A DNA stretch of 64,000 nucleotides from Methanobacteriota archaeon (GTDB lineage: Archaea; Thermoplasmatota; E2; JACPAO01; JAHWKR01): the NCBI GenBank assembly GCA_019347805.1, contig JAHWKR010000002.1:2137-66136 (forward strand), in the 5' to 3' direction. The translations under genes and the position numbers were made by a program. Under the pieces are notes generated by a model. It searched no databases, was not told the DNA's origin, and saw nothing but the letters and a program-made list of their open reading frames with translations. This document shows, piece after piece, positions 9,130 to 21,108 of the stretch (the first letter of the stretch is position 1; each line of letters begins with the position of its first letter).

Positions 9130-10485
9130 ATGCGAACGTTCCATGGGATGCACCGACTCCTCCCCGCCTTGCTCTTGCTCATCCTTGTCCCCACCGCGAC
9201 CGCACAAGAGACGGCCGTTCCCGACACCGCCGCCGCCCTCGACCTGGTCTGGGTCTTCGTAGCGGCCACATTGGTCTTCCTGATGCAGGGAGGTTTCGCG
9301 CTCCTCGGCGCCGGGGCGGTCCGGTCGAAGAACACCGTCAACTACCTCATGAAGAGCGTCATGGACTTCTCACTGGGCGCGGTCTTCTTCTTCATGATCG
9401 GGTACGCGTTCATGTTCGGCCAAGGGAACGCCTGGATCGGCTTGGACGGCTTCTTCCTCGGCGGAGGACATCCCGCTCCCGACACGCTCATCTCGTTCCT
9501 CTTCCAGGCCATGTTCGCAGCGACGGCGGCCACCATCGTCGCCGGGGCCGTCGCGGAACGCATGCGGCTACAGGCATACGTCGTCTACACGGTCGCGATC
9601 ACCGCCTTCATCTATCCGGTCTTCGGCCATTGGATGTGGGGCGGCGGGTTCCTCTCCACCTTGCCGTTCGGTGCCGGAGCCGTTGATTTCGCCGGTTCGG
9701 GCGTCGTCCACGCGGTCGGCGGACTGCTGGCCCTCGTGGCGGCCTTCGTCCTCGGCCCGCGCATCGGACGATATGACGAAGACGGTGTGAAACGGTCGAT
9801 GAAAGGCCACAACGCCACCTACGTCGTCCTCGGGACCTTGCTGCTGTTCTTCGGCTGGTTCGGGTTCAACACCGGGTCGACGCTTTCTGCCCACGACGGG
9901 GGACTGGCGCTCATCGCGGTCAACACCTTCTTGGCGGGATGCGCAGGGGCCACCATCGTGTTCATGGTGCAGTTCCTGCGCGGACCGACCGACATCGCGG
10001 CCGTGTGCAACGGCGCGCTCGCCGGGCTCGTCTCCATCACCGCGCCATGCGCGTTCGTCGCACCGTGGGCGGCCCTGGTCATTGGGGCGTCGGGCGGGCT
10101 GCTCTATCTCGTCGCCGTGGCCGTTCTCGAGGACCGCCTTCGTGTCGACGACCCGGTCGGCGCGATCGCGGTCCATGGTGTCGGCGGGGTCTTCGGCCTC
10201 ATCGCGGTCGGGGTCTTCGCCGACGGGACGGGTGGCGTCACGGGTCTGGTAGGTGGTTCCATCTCGCAGCTCGTCGCCCAGTCGATCGCGGCGGCCACCG
10301 TCATCGCCTGGACCTTGGGCACAGGGTGGATCCTCTTCAAGGGACTCGACGTGTTGGTGGGGCTGCGGGTGTCAGAGCAGGAGGAACTGGAGGGCCTCGA
10401 CCCGAGCCATCACGGGTCGTCCGCATATCCCGAACTTGCCGTCATGGCGGCCAGTGCCACCGTGCTGCCGAAGGAGCGCAGATAG
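9130..10485 (+). CDS. amt: Ammonium transporter (Amt/Rh family) with signal peptide
   Basis: MRTFHGMHRLLPALLLLILVPTATAQE signal peptide, then 11 TMs with Amt motifs (DFAGSGVVH, GPRIGRY). No glnK follows. Confidence 0.9.
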   Translation: MRTFHGMHRLLPALLLLILVPTATAQETAVPDTAAALDLVWVFVAATLVFLMQGGFALLGAGAVRSKNTVNYLMKSVMDFSLGAVFFFMIGYAFMFGQGNAWIGLDGFFLGGGHPAPDTLISFLFQAMFAATAATIVAGAVAERMRLQAYVVYTVAITAFIYPVFGHWMWGGGFLSTLPFGAGAVDFAGSGVVHAVGGLLALVAAFVLGPRIGRYDEDGVKRSMKGHNATYVVLGTLLLFFGWFGFNTGSTLSAHDGGLALIAVNTFLAGCAGATIVFMVQFLRGPTDIAAVCNGALAGLVSITAPCAFVAPWAALVIGASGGLLYLVAVAVLEDRLRVDDPVGAIAVHGVGGVFGLIAVGVFADGTGGVTGLVGGSISQLVAQSIAAATVIAWTLGTGWILFKGLDVLVGLRVSEQEELEGLDPSHHGSSAYPELAVMAASATVLPKERR

Positions 10486-10811
10486 ACGACGGCCTCCGAA
10501 CGCGGTGACACGATCAGCGCCGGAAGGACCCACCGGCAAAGCAGACTGAGACCGAGGAGCGGATCACGCAGGGGTCCGGCCCGAGATCTCGGTCAGGCCT
10601 TCGCCAGGAAGTGATCGAGCGGAAGCGGCCCGGCTACCGGGGTCTTTTCCGAGAACGCTTGCAGCGTAGCAGGGGGCCCTTGAGGTGCGGACTACGCAGG
10701 AGTCCGCGCCGAGAGGGCAGCCAGCGAAGCAGGGGGTCCTTGAGGTGCGGACTACGCAGGAGTCCGCGCCGAGAGGGCAGCCAGCGAAGCAGGGGGTCCT
10801 TGAGGTGCGGA

Positions 10812-12098
<1,287 letters not shown>

Positions 12099-12125
12099 GC
12101 GGAGTCAGGCGCGACATAGGGTCCG

Positions 12126-13448
12126 CTATTTAAGCGTCCCGGGGCGGACGAGCGTGGACGCGGCCTCGGGACCATCGGGTCTGCGCATCCGGACCAGCGC
12201 CAAGCCCGCGAGAAGACCAAGGAGGAGAAGTGGAAGGCCGGGTGCGGGAAGGGACCGCGCCTCCTCCGGCATCGGGGGTCGTTCATCAGGGTAGCCGACG
12301 ATGACGGGTTTGTCGCCCGGGTGGGCGTAGGGGCTCAACATGAGTTCGAGCTCCCGGAAGACGCAGCCGTTCGGAGGGACCGGTTGGTCGGGATGTTCAG
12401 GGGCGTCCACCGCGTCGTCGCACGTGATGAGTCGGAGAGGATAGGCGCCGTACGGTGTGTCGCCGACCGCGATGCGGACCTGCACCGCCTGGCTCGTTTT
12501 GTTGTCGCGCAGCTCGAAACGCTCCGGCGAGATCGTGACGGTGGCGTTGTCGGGGACTCCGAACAGGCGCATCGTGTAGTTCCGACCCGGCCAGCCGGGC
12601 CGGATGTCGGTCGTCTCCACGCGCATCGCGTACGTGACGTTGTCGTCGTGGTCGGCGACCTTCTTCGGCCCGTCGTCGCCGACGGCGGCGACCTGGAAGA
12701 ACGGGATGCCGGGGACCGGTGGCGGGATGGAGAGCTGTTCCAGGTCGGCGTTCCAGACGCCGCGGTCGGGTGCGCGGTCGAGGAGGACGTAGGGGGCCTT
12801 GGAGACGTGCGCCCAGGCGCTCGAGGGGGGCGTGCCGAGGCTCCAGGTCTCGGCGCGGATGTGCGAGACGATGCGGGGGAGCGCCTTGGTATGGAGTTCG
12901 TCGGGGGCGATGTCCCAGGCGATCATGATGTGGCCGTCGCCCAGGCGTCCCTCCTCGGTGCGGACGCCGGCGCGGCCGCCGGAGAGCGACGGGTCACCGG
13001 CGACGCCTTCGGTCGTCGAAGGTCCGATGCGGGTGGCGCCGTCGGCGATGCGGTCGCAGAGTCCGCGGACACCGTCGACGCCGACACGGTTCTTCTGCAC
13101 GGTCGCACCGTGCGGGTCCCAGCAGACATGATAGGTCTTGTCGGCGATGTCGAACGCGACGCGATAGACCACCGCGGCGGGGGGCTCGGGGAGGCCGTCG
13201 ACGTGCAGGCGCACGTTCAGGCGGTCGTCGGTCTTGTTGAACTCAAGGAGCCGGATGTCGGCGCCGGACGGATGGACGGTGGGGCCGGGAAGCTCGTCCT
13301 CGACGAGCGGGCGCACGTCCTCCCGGCGGTCGACCCCGACGATGAGGTCGCGACCCGTGGCGTGCGTGTGGCCCTCGTGGGCGGACGCGGCTGGTAGGCC
13401 CTGGAGCAGGAGGACGCCCAGGACGAGGAGCGCGATGGCCGGCCGCAT
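12126..13448 (-). CDS. Secreted protein with C-terminal TM anchor, function unknown
   Basis: Signal peptide MRPAIALLVLGVLLLQGLPAASA and a His-rich start HEGHTH. The C-terminal PAPGLPLLLLGLLAGLALVRMRR TM is followed by a 20-aa tail. Confidence 0.5.
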   Translation of the reverse strand: MRPAIALLVLGVLLLQGLPAASAHEGHTHATGRDLIVGVDRREDVRPLVEDELPGPTVHPSGADIRLLEFNKTDDRLNVRLHVDGLPEPPAAVVYRVAFDIADKTYHVCWDPHGATVQKNRVGVDGVRGLCDRIADGATRIGPSTTEGVAGDPSLSGGRAGVRTEEGRLGDGHIMIAWDIAPDELHTKALPRIVSHIRAETWSLGTPPSSAWAHVSKAPYVLLDRAPDRGVWNADLEQLSIPPPVPGIPFFQVAAVGDDGPKKVADHDDNVTYAMRVETTDIRPGWPGRNYTMRLFGVPDNATVTISPERFELRDNKTSQAVQVRIAVGDTPYGAYPLRLITCDDAVDAPEHPDQPVPPNGCVFRELELMLSPYAHPGDKPVIVGYPDERPPMPEEARSLPAPGLPLLLLGLLAGLALVRMRRPDGPEAASTLVRPGTLK

Positions 13449-13520
13449 CGCTCCGAAGGGGGTCTGGGAAGAGATAAGCGCTCTTTCGGGAAACAGTGGT
13501 CGGAAAGCCGTGGCTTTTGG

Positions 13521-14192
13521 TCAGAGCGGTACGCGTGCGACGACGTGGTGCCGCAGGAGGACGGCGCCGTCGAGCCGTGCTTCGACAGAGTCGCCCGGCA
13601 CGAGCGGTCCGACGCCTTCCGGGCTCCCGGTGAGCACCAGGTCACCCGGTTCGAGCGTCATGACGGAGGAAATGTAGGACAGCAGCTCAGGGACGCTCCA
13701 CACCATGTCCCCGGTGCGCGCCGCCTGGCGCGGTTCGCCCGAAACATCCAGTTCGATGGTCGCCGTTCGCGGGTCGACCGCGGTGGCGGGAAGCGGCCGC
13801 GAGACGGGGCAGAACGTGTCGAAGCCCTTCGCCACCGCCCAAGGATGCCCTTTCTGTTTCGCCGCCGTCTGCATCTCGCGTGCGGTCACGTCGATGGCGA
13901 GGCACCAGCCTCCGATGGCGCCCGGTGCCGCTTCGACGGAGGCGCGTGACAAGCGCTTGCCGACGATGACGCCGAGTTCGACCTCGTGATGCACTTCGCC
14001 GGCCTCGGTGGGGATGCGGATGTCGGCTCCATCGGGGATGAGCGCCGATGGCGGTTTGAGGAAGACGACGGGATGCCGCGGCACTTCCGAGCCCATCTCC
14101 TTGGCGTGGAGGGCGTAGTTCTTGCCGACGCAGACGATCTTGGTCGGCCGGTCCTGCGGGTCGAAGGGCCAGCTTCGGGCGGATTCCGCCAT
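13521..14192 (-). CDS. Fumarylacetoacetate hydrolase (FAH) family protein
   Basis: FAH-fold motifs KIVCVGKNYALHAKEMG, EVELGVIVGK and GDLVLTGSPEGVG. Confidence 0.8.
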   Translation of the reverse strand: MAESARSWPFDPQDRPTKIVCVGKNYALHAKEMGSEVPRHPVVFLKPPSALIPDGADIRIPTEAGEVHHEVELGVIVGKRLSRASVEAAPGAIGGWCLAIDVTAREMQTAAKQKGHPWAVAKGFDTFCPVSRPLPATAVDPRTATIELDVSGEPRQAARTGDMVWSVPELLSYISSVMTLEPGDLVLTGSPEGVGPLVPGDSVEARLDGAVLLRHHVVARVPL

Positions 14193-14320
14193 GCGGCCGC
14201 GAACGGGCCGACCGGGATGACGGTTTCGCCTGGAGCGCCAAGGCGCAAGGTGACGCCCGGCGCCTTTTCAGGTACGGCCGCCGGCAATCTATTTGAGCCG
14301 TGCGCCTTCCCTGTCTCTTG

Positions 14321-15202
14321 ATGGCATGCTTCGCCCGGCCGCTCCCGGCTGTCCTCCTTGTCGCGCTCTTCGCGCTCGCAGGGTGTCTCGACAGCGCCGG
14401 TGACGCGACAGGGATCGTGCCGCCGACGGACGGGGAAGACCCGCCGGTGGAGAACGAGACGAACCTGCCTCCGATCCCGCGTTTGAAGGTCGAGAAAAGC
14501 GATGATGTCCGGCCGGGCGAGGCGGTGGTGTTCGACGCCAACGGCTCGAGTGACCCGGACAACGACACGTTGTCGTTCACGTGGGATTTCGGCGACGGTG
14601 GTCATGGTGAGGGGGAACGGGTGGCGCATGTCTACGACAGGGCCGGGCGGTTCACCGTCGTGCTGCGTGCCGAAGACGGAAGAGGCGGGAACGCCACCTT
14701 GACGACCGAGATCGTCGTCGCGCCGATCCGCACCGGTGTCGTCATGGTCTACAACGAGACGTTCACGGGCCGGGTCGAGATCCCCAATCCCGCCATGGAT
14801 GAACTCGCAGGGCCCTATCCGCTGGTCGGTGGCGCCCGGCTGTCGGATTTCCAGAACCGGTCGCTCGCGGGGCGGGACCATGTCGTCATCGATGTCGATG
14901 ATGTGCCGACCTACGGCATGTCGCTCGCCTTCACCGCGAGTTGGGGCGGTGAGACGGTCGACCATTGGGGCCAAGTACCGGACCTGGACCTCTACGTCTT
15001 CGACAGCGAAGGCCGGTTGCTTCCGGCGGGCTTCTCCGCGGCGACGGGTGTGGAGCCGGAAGTGTTCGTCGTCGACGATGCGGTCAATGTCTCGAGGGGC
15101 TCGTACAAGGCGCTCGTCCTCCTTTACGCTGGCCACGAGGTGCCTTTCACGCTCGGGGTGAGTCTTTTGGCCCGCGCCGAAGTGGTCCCGCCCGAGGCTT
15201 GA
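14321..15202 (+). CDS. Lipoprotein with PKD domain
   Basis: MACFARPLPAVLLVALFALAGC lipobox and PKD motif FTWDFGDGGHGEGERVAHVYDRAGRFTVVL. Confidence 0.65.
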   Translation: MACFARPLPAVLLVALFALAGCLDSAGDATGIVPPTDGEDPPVENETNLPPIPRLKVEKSDDVRPGEAVVFDANGSSDPDNDTLSFTWDFGDGGHGEGERVAHVYDRAGRFTVVLRAEDGRGGNATLTTEIVVAPIRTGVVMVYNETFTGRVEIPNPAMDELAGPYPLVGGARLSDFQNRSLAGRDHVVIDVDDVPTYGMSLAFTASWGGETVDHWGQVPDLDLYVFDSEGRLLPAGFSAATGVEPEVFVVDDAVNVSRGSYKALVLLYAGHEVPFTLGVSLLARAEVVPPEA

Positions 15203-15278
15203 CATGGACACCTAGCCGTGCTGGAGCGGCTGGCGTTACCGTCAACCATGAAAAAACGATTCCTCGTTCTCTCTGCCG

Positions 15279-16103
15279 ATGTTCCATGAACATGCGTGGG
15301 GCTGGTTCCTGTCGCTCCCGCTCCTGGCCCAACGCATCTTCGGGGCGCTCCTCATCCTCGCGATCGGCTGGTTCGCCATCCGCATTCTCAAGGGTTGGGC
15401 GGACGCCGCGCTCGTACGCGCACCCCATATCGATGATACCTTGCGTTCTTTTTTCCGCACCCTCATCGGCGCCGGACTCTGGGTGCTCCTCGTCGTCGTG
15501 GTGCTCGGCGTCGCCGGGGTCAACGTCGCCGCACTGGTGGGCGGCCTCGCCATCGGCGGCTTCATCGTCGGTTTCGCGATCAAGGACACTCTGAACAATC
15601 TCGCAGCGGGCGTCATGCTGCTGCTCTATCGGCCCTACAGCGTGGGTGAGGTCGTGGAGATCGCCGGCTCCGGCGGCGGGGTCACGGGCCTCGGACTCGC
15701 CATGACGCGGCTCAAGACCTACGACGGCAAGATCATCACCATCCCGAACGGCGCCATACTCGGGGGTGCCATCATCAACCATACACGCGAGCCGATCCGC
15801 ATGGCCGAGGTCAAGGTCGGCATCTCGTACAACGACGACATCGACACCGCAGTGAAGGCGATCCTCGGAGCGCTCGCCAAGGAACCGCGCGTCCTCAAGG
15901 AACCGATCCCTGAGATCCGCATCACCACGCTCGGCGACAGTTCGGTCGGACTTCAGGTGCGGCCCTGGGTCGCGACGGTCGATATCTGGCGGGCGCAGGC
16001 GGATCTGCACAAGACGGTCAAACTGGCGGTCGAAGCGGCGGGTTGCACCATCCCGTTCCCGCAGCGCGACGTGCATCTGACCCACGAAGCGAAGGACGAA
16101 TGA
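15279..16103 (+). CDS. Small-conductance mechanosensitive channel (MscS family)
   Basis: Three N-terminal TMs plus a conserved MscS beta domain (IKDTLNNLAAGVMLLLYRPYSVGEVVEIAG..G.V..L....T.L...DGK...IPN). Confidence 0.85.
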   Translation: MFHEHAWGWFLSLPLLAQRIFGALLILAIGWFAIRILKGWADAALVRAPHIDDTLRSFFRTLIGAGLWVLLVVVVLGVAGVNVAALVGGLAIGGFIVGFAIKDTLNNLAAGVMLLLYRPYSVGEVVEIAGSGGGVTGLGLAMTRLKTYDGKIITIPNGAILGGAIINHTREPIRMAEVKVGISYNDDIDTAVKAILGALAKEPRVLKEPIPEIRITTLGDSSVGLQVRPWVATVDIWRAQADLHKTVKLAVEAAGCTIPFPQRDVHLTHEAKDE

Positions 16104-16109
16104 GGACCC

Positions 16110-16955
16110 ATGGCGCTGCACGAGGGATTGAGGGACGGGTTCGAGGCCTGGTCGGCATGGCGTGAGGGCGTCCCGGACCCCGCGCTCGTCGTCTTCGACA
16201 TCGTGGTCATCCTCGTCGTCGGGTCGCTCCTCGTCCGGCTGCTCCGCTTCGCCACGGAACGGCTCATGCCGGTGGCGACCGCCGGCGACAAGACGTTGCG
16301 CACGTTCTTCCTCCACTCCGTCGGCACCGCGGCATGGCTCGTCATCGTCCTCGTCGTCCTCAACCGGCTCGGCATCCAGCTCGCCGCCCTCCTCGGTGGC
16401 GTGGCGATCGGTGGTTTCGTGCTTGGTTTCGCCCTGAAGGACGCGCTCGCCAACCTCGCCGCCGGGTTTCTCCTCCTTGTCAACCGGCCGTTCGGCGTCG
16501 GCGACCACGTGGTCCTGGCCGGCCAGGAAGGACGGGTGCTGCACATCGGGATGGCCCTCACCGCCATCGACACGCTCGACGGCGCCCACCTCACCATCCC
16601 CAACAACCAGGTACTCGGCGCCGCCATCGTCAACCACTCACGGTTCCCCGCACGGCGGATCGCGCTCGATGTCGGCATCCACAGCAGCGACCCGGTGGAT
16701 GAAGCGGTCTCGGGTCTGCTCGAAGCGGCCGGTGGCGTCGACGCGGTCCTCGAGACCCCCGTGCCGCGCGTGGTCGTCCAGGAACTCACCAGTGAAGGCC
16801 CGATCCTCCGACTCTTCGTCTGGGTCAAGAACGCCGACTTCCTCGACGCGCAGAACGACATCCGCCGCGCCGCCAAGCGGGCGCTCGATGCACGGGGATT
16901 GCGCACCAACACGGCGCTCGTCGAGGTGGACGTGAAGGAGCGCCAGGCCGGATGA
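16110..16955 (+). CDS. MscS family channel (tandem paralog)
   Basis: Same architecture as the preceding MscS: LKDALANLAAGFLLLVNRPFGVGDHVVLAG. Confidence 0.85.
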   Translation: MALHEGLRDGFEAWSAWREGVPDPALVVFDIVVILVVGSLLVRLLRFATERLMPVATAGDKTLRTFFLHSVGTAAWLVIVLVVLNRLGIQLAALLGGVAIGGFVLGFALKDALANLAAGFLLLVNRPFGVGDHVVLAGQEGRVLHIGMALTAIDTLDGAHLTIPNNQVLGAAIVNHSRFPARRIALDVGIHSSDPVDEAVSGLLEAAGGVDAVLETPVPRVVVQELTSEGPILRLFVWVKNADFLDAQNDIRRAAKRALDARGLRTNTALVEVDVKERQAG

Positions 16956-16980
16956 TCCGACCGCGGAGCAGACAGGACGT

Positions 16981-18456
16981 CTAGGTCCCGTCGCACCCCA
17001 ACCCGTCGACCCCGAAGAGCACGCCGACGAGCCCTTCGGCCTCTTCGCCGCCGCTCAGGCCACAGGGACTTCCGGCGATGGTGAAGAAGAGAAGCACGCC
17101 AAGGGCGCCGGGGAGCACCCAACGGACGAGCGGGAAGATGTACCACGACAGTTTGAGCCCGACGCCGCTGTCCATGCGCGCCCGGGCGATGCGGGCAGGG
17201 GTGCGCCAGCCGACGAAGAGGGCGATCAACAGTCCGCCGAGGATGACGAGGACGTCGGTGAGGACACCGCCTTCGAGGTCGAGGAGGCGGGTGTCGAGCG
17301 CCACGGGAATGCCGGCGGTGTAGATGATGAGGGTCATGAGCGTCGCGGCGCGGCGGCGGTCGATGCCGAACTCCTCGGAGACATAGGCGATGGCGGGTTC
17401 GATGAGGGAGACGGCGCTCGTGAACGCGGCGAAGAAAGCGGCCGAGAAGAACAACGTCCCGATGACGGGCCCCACGGTGGGACCCATGGCGGCGAAGGCG
17501 CGTGGGAGGGGACCGAAGATGAGGCCGAGTCCGGCTTGTCCGGTGCCGAGGAGTCCGAAGGCGGCAAGGAGCGGGAAGACCATGAAGCCGGCGACGAGGG
17601 CGAACGTGAGTGTCGAAACGGCGACGGTGAGGGCGTTCCCGGCGAGCGATTGACGCTGCGGAAGATACGACGCATAGGTCATCATGGCGCCTTGTCCGAG
17701 GCTGAGGCTGAAGAACGCCTGGCCGACGGCGGCGATGACCACGCCGAGGGTGATGGCGCTCCATTCGGGTTCGAGGTAGAACCGGTAGCCTTCGGCGACG
17801 CCGTCGAGCGTGAGGGCGTATACGGCGAGTCCGATGACGATCAAGAACAGGGTCGGCATCAGCACGAGGTTGAGCCGCTCGATGCCCTTGGAGATCTTCC
17901 CGGTGACGATGGCGAGGGTGAGAAGGAGCACGAGGAAGTGCCAGAACAACGCGTCGCCGCCTTCGGAGGCCTGCAGGAAATAGGTGTCCGGGTCGGAGAA
18001 GTAGGCCCCGGTGGGCGATACGAACGCGTAGCGCAGCACCCAACCGGAGACGCCGGCGTACCAGGAGAGGAAGAAGGCGGCCATACCGACGTAGAGAAGT
18101 CCGGCGTAGCGCCATCGGGTGCGTCGTTCGCCGGTGAGGACGCTGAAGGCGCCGACGGCGTTGCGTTGGGCGGTGCGACCGAGACTGAACTCGGCGACCA
18201 TAAGGGGGACACCGACAAGGAGCATGATGCCGGCGTACAGGAGGACGAAGGCGGCGCCGCCGTTGTTGGCGGCGTTCATGGGGAAGCGGGCGATGCTGCC
18301 GAAGCCCACGGCGCTGCCGACGGCGGAGAGGACGAAGCCCAGCCGGGAGCCCCATTGCACCCGCGCGGCTCCGCCCTCGGACGAAGCGGTGGCGTCGGTG
18401 GGTCCGGTCGACGGGGCCTCGGGAAGCGGGCGTCTGCTCCGCACCTCAGTGGTCAT
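16981..18456 (-). CDS. Sodium-dependent transporter, NSS/SNF family
   Basis: WGSRLGFVLSAVGSAVGFGSIARFPMNAANNGG motif with 11-12 TMs. Confidence 0.85.
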   Translation of the reverse strand: MTTEVRSRRPLPEAPSTGPTDATASSEGGAARVQWGSRLGFVLSAVGSAVGFGSIARFPMNAANNGGAAFVLLYAGIMLLVGVPLMVAEFSLGRTAQRNAVGAFSVLTGERRTRWRYAGLLYVGMAAFFLSWYAGVSGWVLRYAFVSPTGAYFSDPDTYFLQASEGGDALFWHFLVLLLTLAIVTGKISKGIERLNLVLMPTLFLIVIGLAVYALTLDGVAEGYRFYLEPEWSAITLGVVIAAVGQAFFSLSLGQGAMMTYASYLPQRQSLAGNALTVAVSTLTFALVAGFMVFPLLAAFGLLGTGQAGLGLIFGPLPRAFAAMGPTVGPVIGTLFFSAAFFAAFTSAVSLIEPAIAYVSEEFGIDRRRAATLMTLIIYTAGIPVALDTRLLDLEGGVLTDVLVILGGLLIALFVGWRTPARIARARMDSGVGLKLSWYIFPLVRWVLPGALGVLLFFTIAGSPCGLSGGEEAEGLVGVLFGVDGLGCDGT

Positions 18457-18737
18457 GGCGCGGCCTCCGGCCGAGCGGTAGCCGGCGACGGGGGCGGTCG
18501 CGCCTTGCGGCGTCGTCGGGTGTGCCGTAGGTAGCGAGGTGGGGAGATGAAGCTATGGGTGCGCGTTGACGTGGAAGGCCGTGCGAAGCGCCTGCGCCCC
18601 GTCTTTTCGCCGCCGCCTGCCCACCGGTCGCTTTCCGGTCGGACACCGCCTTTGCCCCGACCTCTATCGACTTCTTCCGCCGCCGGACACAACTTTTAAG
18701 CCGGCCCCGGACTGGCCGCACTCCAGGAGGCCCACCT

Positions 18738-21008
18738 TTGCCGCAGATCGAATCCACCCCCGAGTTCGTCCAGGAGACCTATCGCAAGATGCGGGAGCGC
18801 CTCGAGGTGGTCCGTGGACGCCTCGGCCGCCCGCTCACGCTCGCCGAGAAGATCCTCTATGGTCACTTGGACGACCCTGCGGGTGCCGACTTGACGCGAG
18901 GCAAGGCCTACCTGATGCTGCGCCCGGACCGGGTGGCGATGCAGGACGCCACCGCCCAGATGGCGGTCCTCCAGTTCATGCAGGCGGGCAAGCCGGAGAC
19001 AGCGGTCCCCTCGACCATCCATTGCGACCACCTCATCCAGGCGCAGGTCGGCGCCGCGGCGGACATGCAGGTGGCCATCGACACGAACCGCGAGGTCTAC
19101 GATTTCCTTGCCTCGGCGGCGAAGAAGTACGGCATGGGCTTCTGGAAGCCGGGCGCGGGCATCATCCACCAGGTCGTCCTCGAGCAGTACGCGTTCCCGG
19201 GCCAGATGATGATCGGGACCGATTCGCACACGCCCAACGCGGGCGGCCTCTGCATGTGGGCCTCCGGTGTCGGTGGCGCGGACGCGGTCGATGTCATGGC
19301 GGGCTTCCCGTGGGAGGTGCTGCACCCGAAGGTCATCGGCGTGAAGCTCACCGGCAAGATGTCGGGCTGGACGACCCCAAAGGACGTCATCCTCAAGCTC
19401 GCCGGCATCCTCACCGTCAAAGGCGGCACCAACGCGGTCGTGGAATATTTCGGTCCTGGTGTGGAATCGATCAGCGCCACGGGCAAGGCGACCATCACCA
19501 ACATGGGTGCCGAGATCGGCGCCACCACCTCCATCTTCCCGCACGACGCGCGCGCGAAGACCTATCTCGAGGCGACCGGACGCGGCGACCTCGTGCCCAT
19601 CATCGAGAAGAACCTGGACCTTGTCACGGCGGACCAAGAGGTCGAGAAGAGTCCCGAGAAGTATTTCGACCAGGTCATCGAGATCGACCTCACGAAGCTC
19701 GAGCCGCACCTCGTCGGTCCCCACACGCCCGACCTCGCGCGCCCCATCTCGGAGGTCAAGAAGGCGGTCGAGACGGAGGACTATCCGGACGACATCAGTG
19801 TCGCCCTCGTCGGATCGTGCACCAACTCGAGCTATGAGGACATCGCCCGGGTCATCGACATCGTCGACCAGGCGGCGGCGCATGGGGTCAAGATGAAGAT
19901 CCCGCTCCTTGTGACGCCCGGCTCGGAACAGGTGCGGCGCACCATCGAACGCGACGGCTTCATCAAGAAACTGGAAGCGGTCGGCGCCACCGTGCTCGCG
20001 AACGCGTGCGGCCCCTGCATCGGCCAGTGGAAGCGGCCGGAACTGAAGGCGGGAGAGCGGAACACGATCGTCACCTCCTTCAACCGCAACTTCCCGAAGC
20101 GCAATGACGGCAACGCCGCCACCTTGGCTTTCATCGGGAGCCCCGAGACGGTGGTCGCGCTGGGTCTTTCCGGCAAGCTCTCGTTCGATTTTCTGAACGA
20201 TGAGGTACGGTCGAACGGCACCTCGTTCAAGCTGCGCGCCCCCGGCCCCGCCCCCGAGGTGCCGCCAGGCGGTTTCGAACGCGACCCCGAAGGCTACCAG
20301 GCCCCGGCGGCGCTCGAGGAGCGCTCAAAGATCGACGTCAAGATCGACCCGAAGAGCGACCGGTTGGCGTTCCTGGAACCGTTCGACCCGTGGGACGGCA
20401 CAGACTACGTCGAGCTGCCGCTGCTTCTCAAGGCGAAAGGCAAGTGCACCACCGACCACATCAGCCCGGCCGGTCCCTGGCTGCGCTTCCGTGGCCACAT
20501 CGACAACATCTCGGACAATATGTTCAACGGCGCGATCAACGCCTTCTCGGACGAGCCGGGCAAGGGCCTCGACCAGGTCTCCGGGGAGCCCTCGGTGGAG
20601 TATTCCCAGATCGCGCGGCGCTACAAGGAGCAGGGTCTCAAGTGGGTCGTCGTCGGCGACGAGAATTATGGCGAGGGCTCCTCGCGGGAGCACGCGGCCA
20701 TGGAGCCGAGGTTCCTGAACGGCGCCGCGGTCATCACCAAGAGCTTCGCGCGCATCCATGAGACGAACCTCAAGAAGCAGGGTCTCCTGCCGCTCACCTT
20801 CGTCGACCCGACGGACTACGACAAGGTCCAGGAGAGCGACAAGGTGAGCATACTCGGCCTCAAGGACCTCGCGCCGCACAAGCCCGTGACCGTCGTGTTC
20901 CACCACAAGGACGGCTCCAAGGACGAGGTCGTCACCAACCACACGTTCAATGGCGAACAGATCAAGTGGTTCCAGGCAGGGAGCGCGCTCAGCACGATCC
21001 GTGCCTAG
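18738..21008 (+). CDS. acn: Aconitate hydratase (mitochondrial-type aconitase family)
   Basis: The 756-aa product starts at a TTG with AGGAGG 6 nt upstream and carries the SCTNSSYED and ACGPCIGQW cluster-ligand motifs. Confidence 0.9.
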   Translation: MPQIESTPEFVQETYRKMRERLEVVRGRLGRPLTLAEKILYGHLDDPAGADLTRGKAYLMLRPDRVAMQDATAQMAVLQFMQAGKPETAVPSTIHCDHLIQAQVGAAADMQVAIDTNREVYDFLASAAKKYGMGFWKPGAGIIHQVVLEQYAFPGQMMIGTDSHTPNAGGLCMWASGVGGADAVDVMAGFPWEVLHPKVIGVKLTGKMSGWTTPKDVILKLAGILTVKGGTNAVVEYFGPGVESISATGKATITNMGAEIGATTSIFPHDARAKTYLEATGRGDLVPIIEKNLDLVTADQEVEKSPEKYFDQVIEIDLTKLEPHLVGPHTPDLARPISEVKKAVETEDYPDDISVALVGSCTNSSYEDIARVIDIVDQAAAHGVKMKIPLLVTPGSEQVRRTIERDGFIKKLEAVGATVLANACGPCIGQWKRPELKAGERNTIVTSFNRNFPKRNDGNAATLAFIGSPETVVALGLSGKLSFDFLNDEVRSNGTSFKLRAPGPAPEVPPGGFERDPEGYQAPAALEERSKIDVKIDPKSDRLAFLEPFDPWDGTDYVELPLLLKAKGKCTTDHISPAGPWLRFRGHIDNISDNMFNGAINAFSDEPGKGLDQVSGEPSVEYSQIARRYKEQGLKWVVVGDENYGEGSSREHAAMEPRFLNGAAVITKSFARIHETNLKKQGLLPLTFVDPTDYDKVQESDKVSILGLKDLAPHKPVTVVFHHKDGSKDEVVTNHTFNGEQIKWFQAGSALSTIRA

Positions 21009-21108
21009 GGCAAAGGACCGCGCGGTCGGCCCGTGTCCGCAGGGCCACAGGTCCCCATCCGGTCAGGCCGACCTCCACCATGCTTTAAGATGACGATGAG
21101 GCGAAGGC

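Noticed and set aside
12126-13448. PGF-CTERM/archaeosortase signal on this protein
   Set aside because: It has PGL rather than PGF and a 20-aa cytoplasmic tail after the TM. That does not match the terminal sorting-signal layout.
15953-18355. 800-aa ORF on minus strand
   Set aside because: It is antisense to two MscS genes and the NSS transporter. It is Arg/Pro-rich low-complexity sequence typical of GC-rich shadow ORFs.
18546-18698. 50-codon ORF in the NSS/aconitase divergent promoter
   Set aside because: Pro/Ser-rich with no features. It overlaps the TATA-like TTTTAAG and aconitase RBS region.
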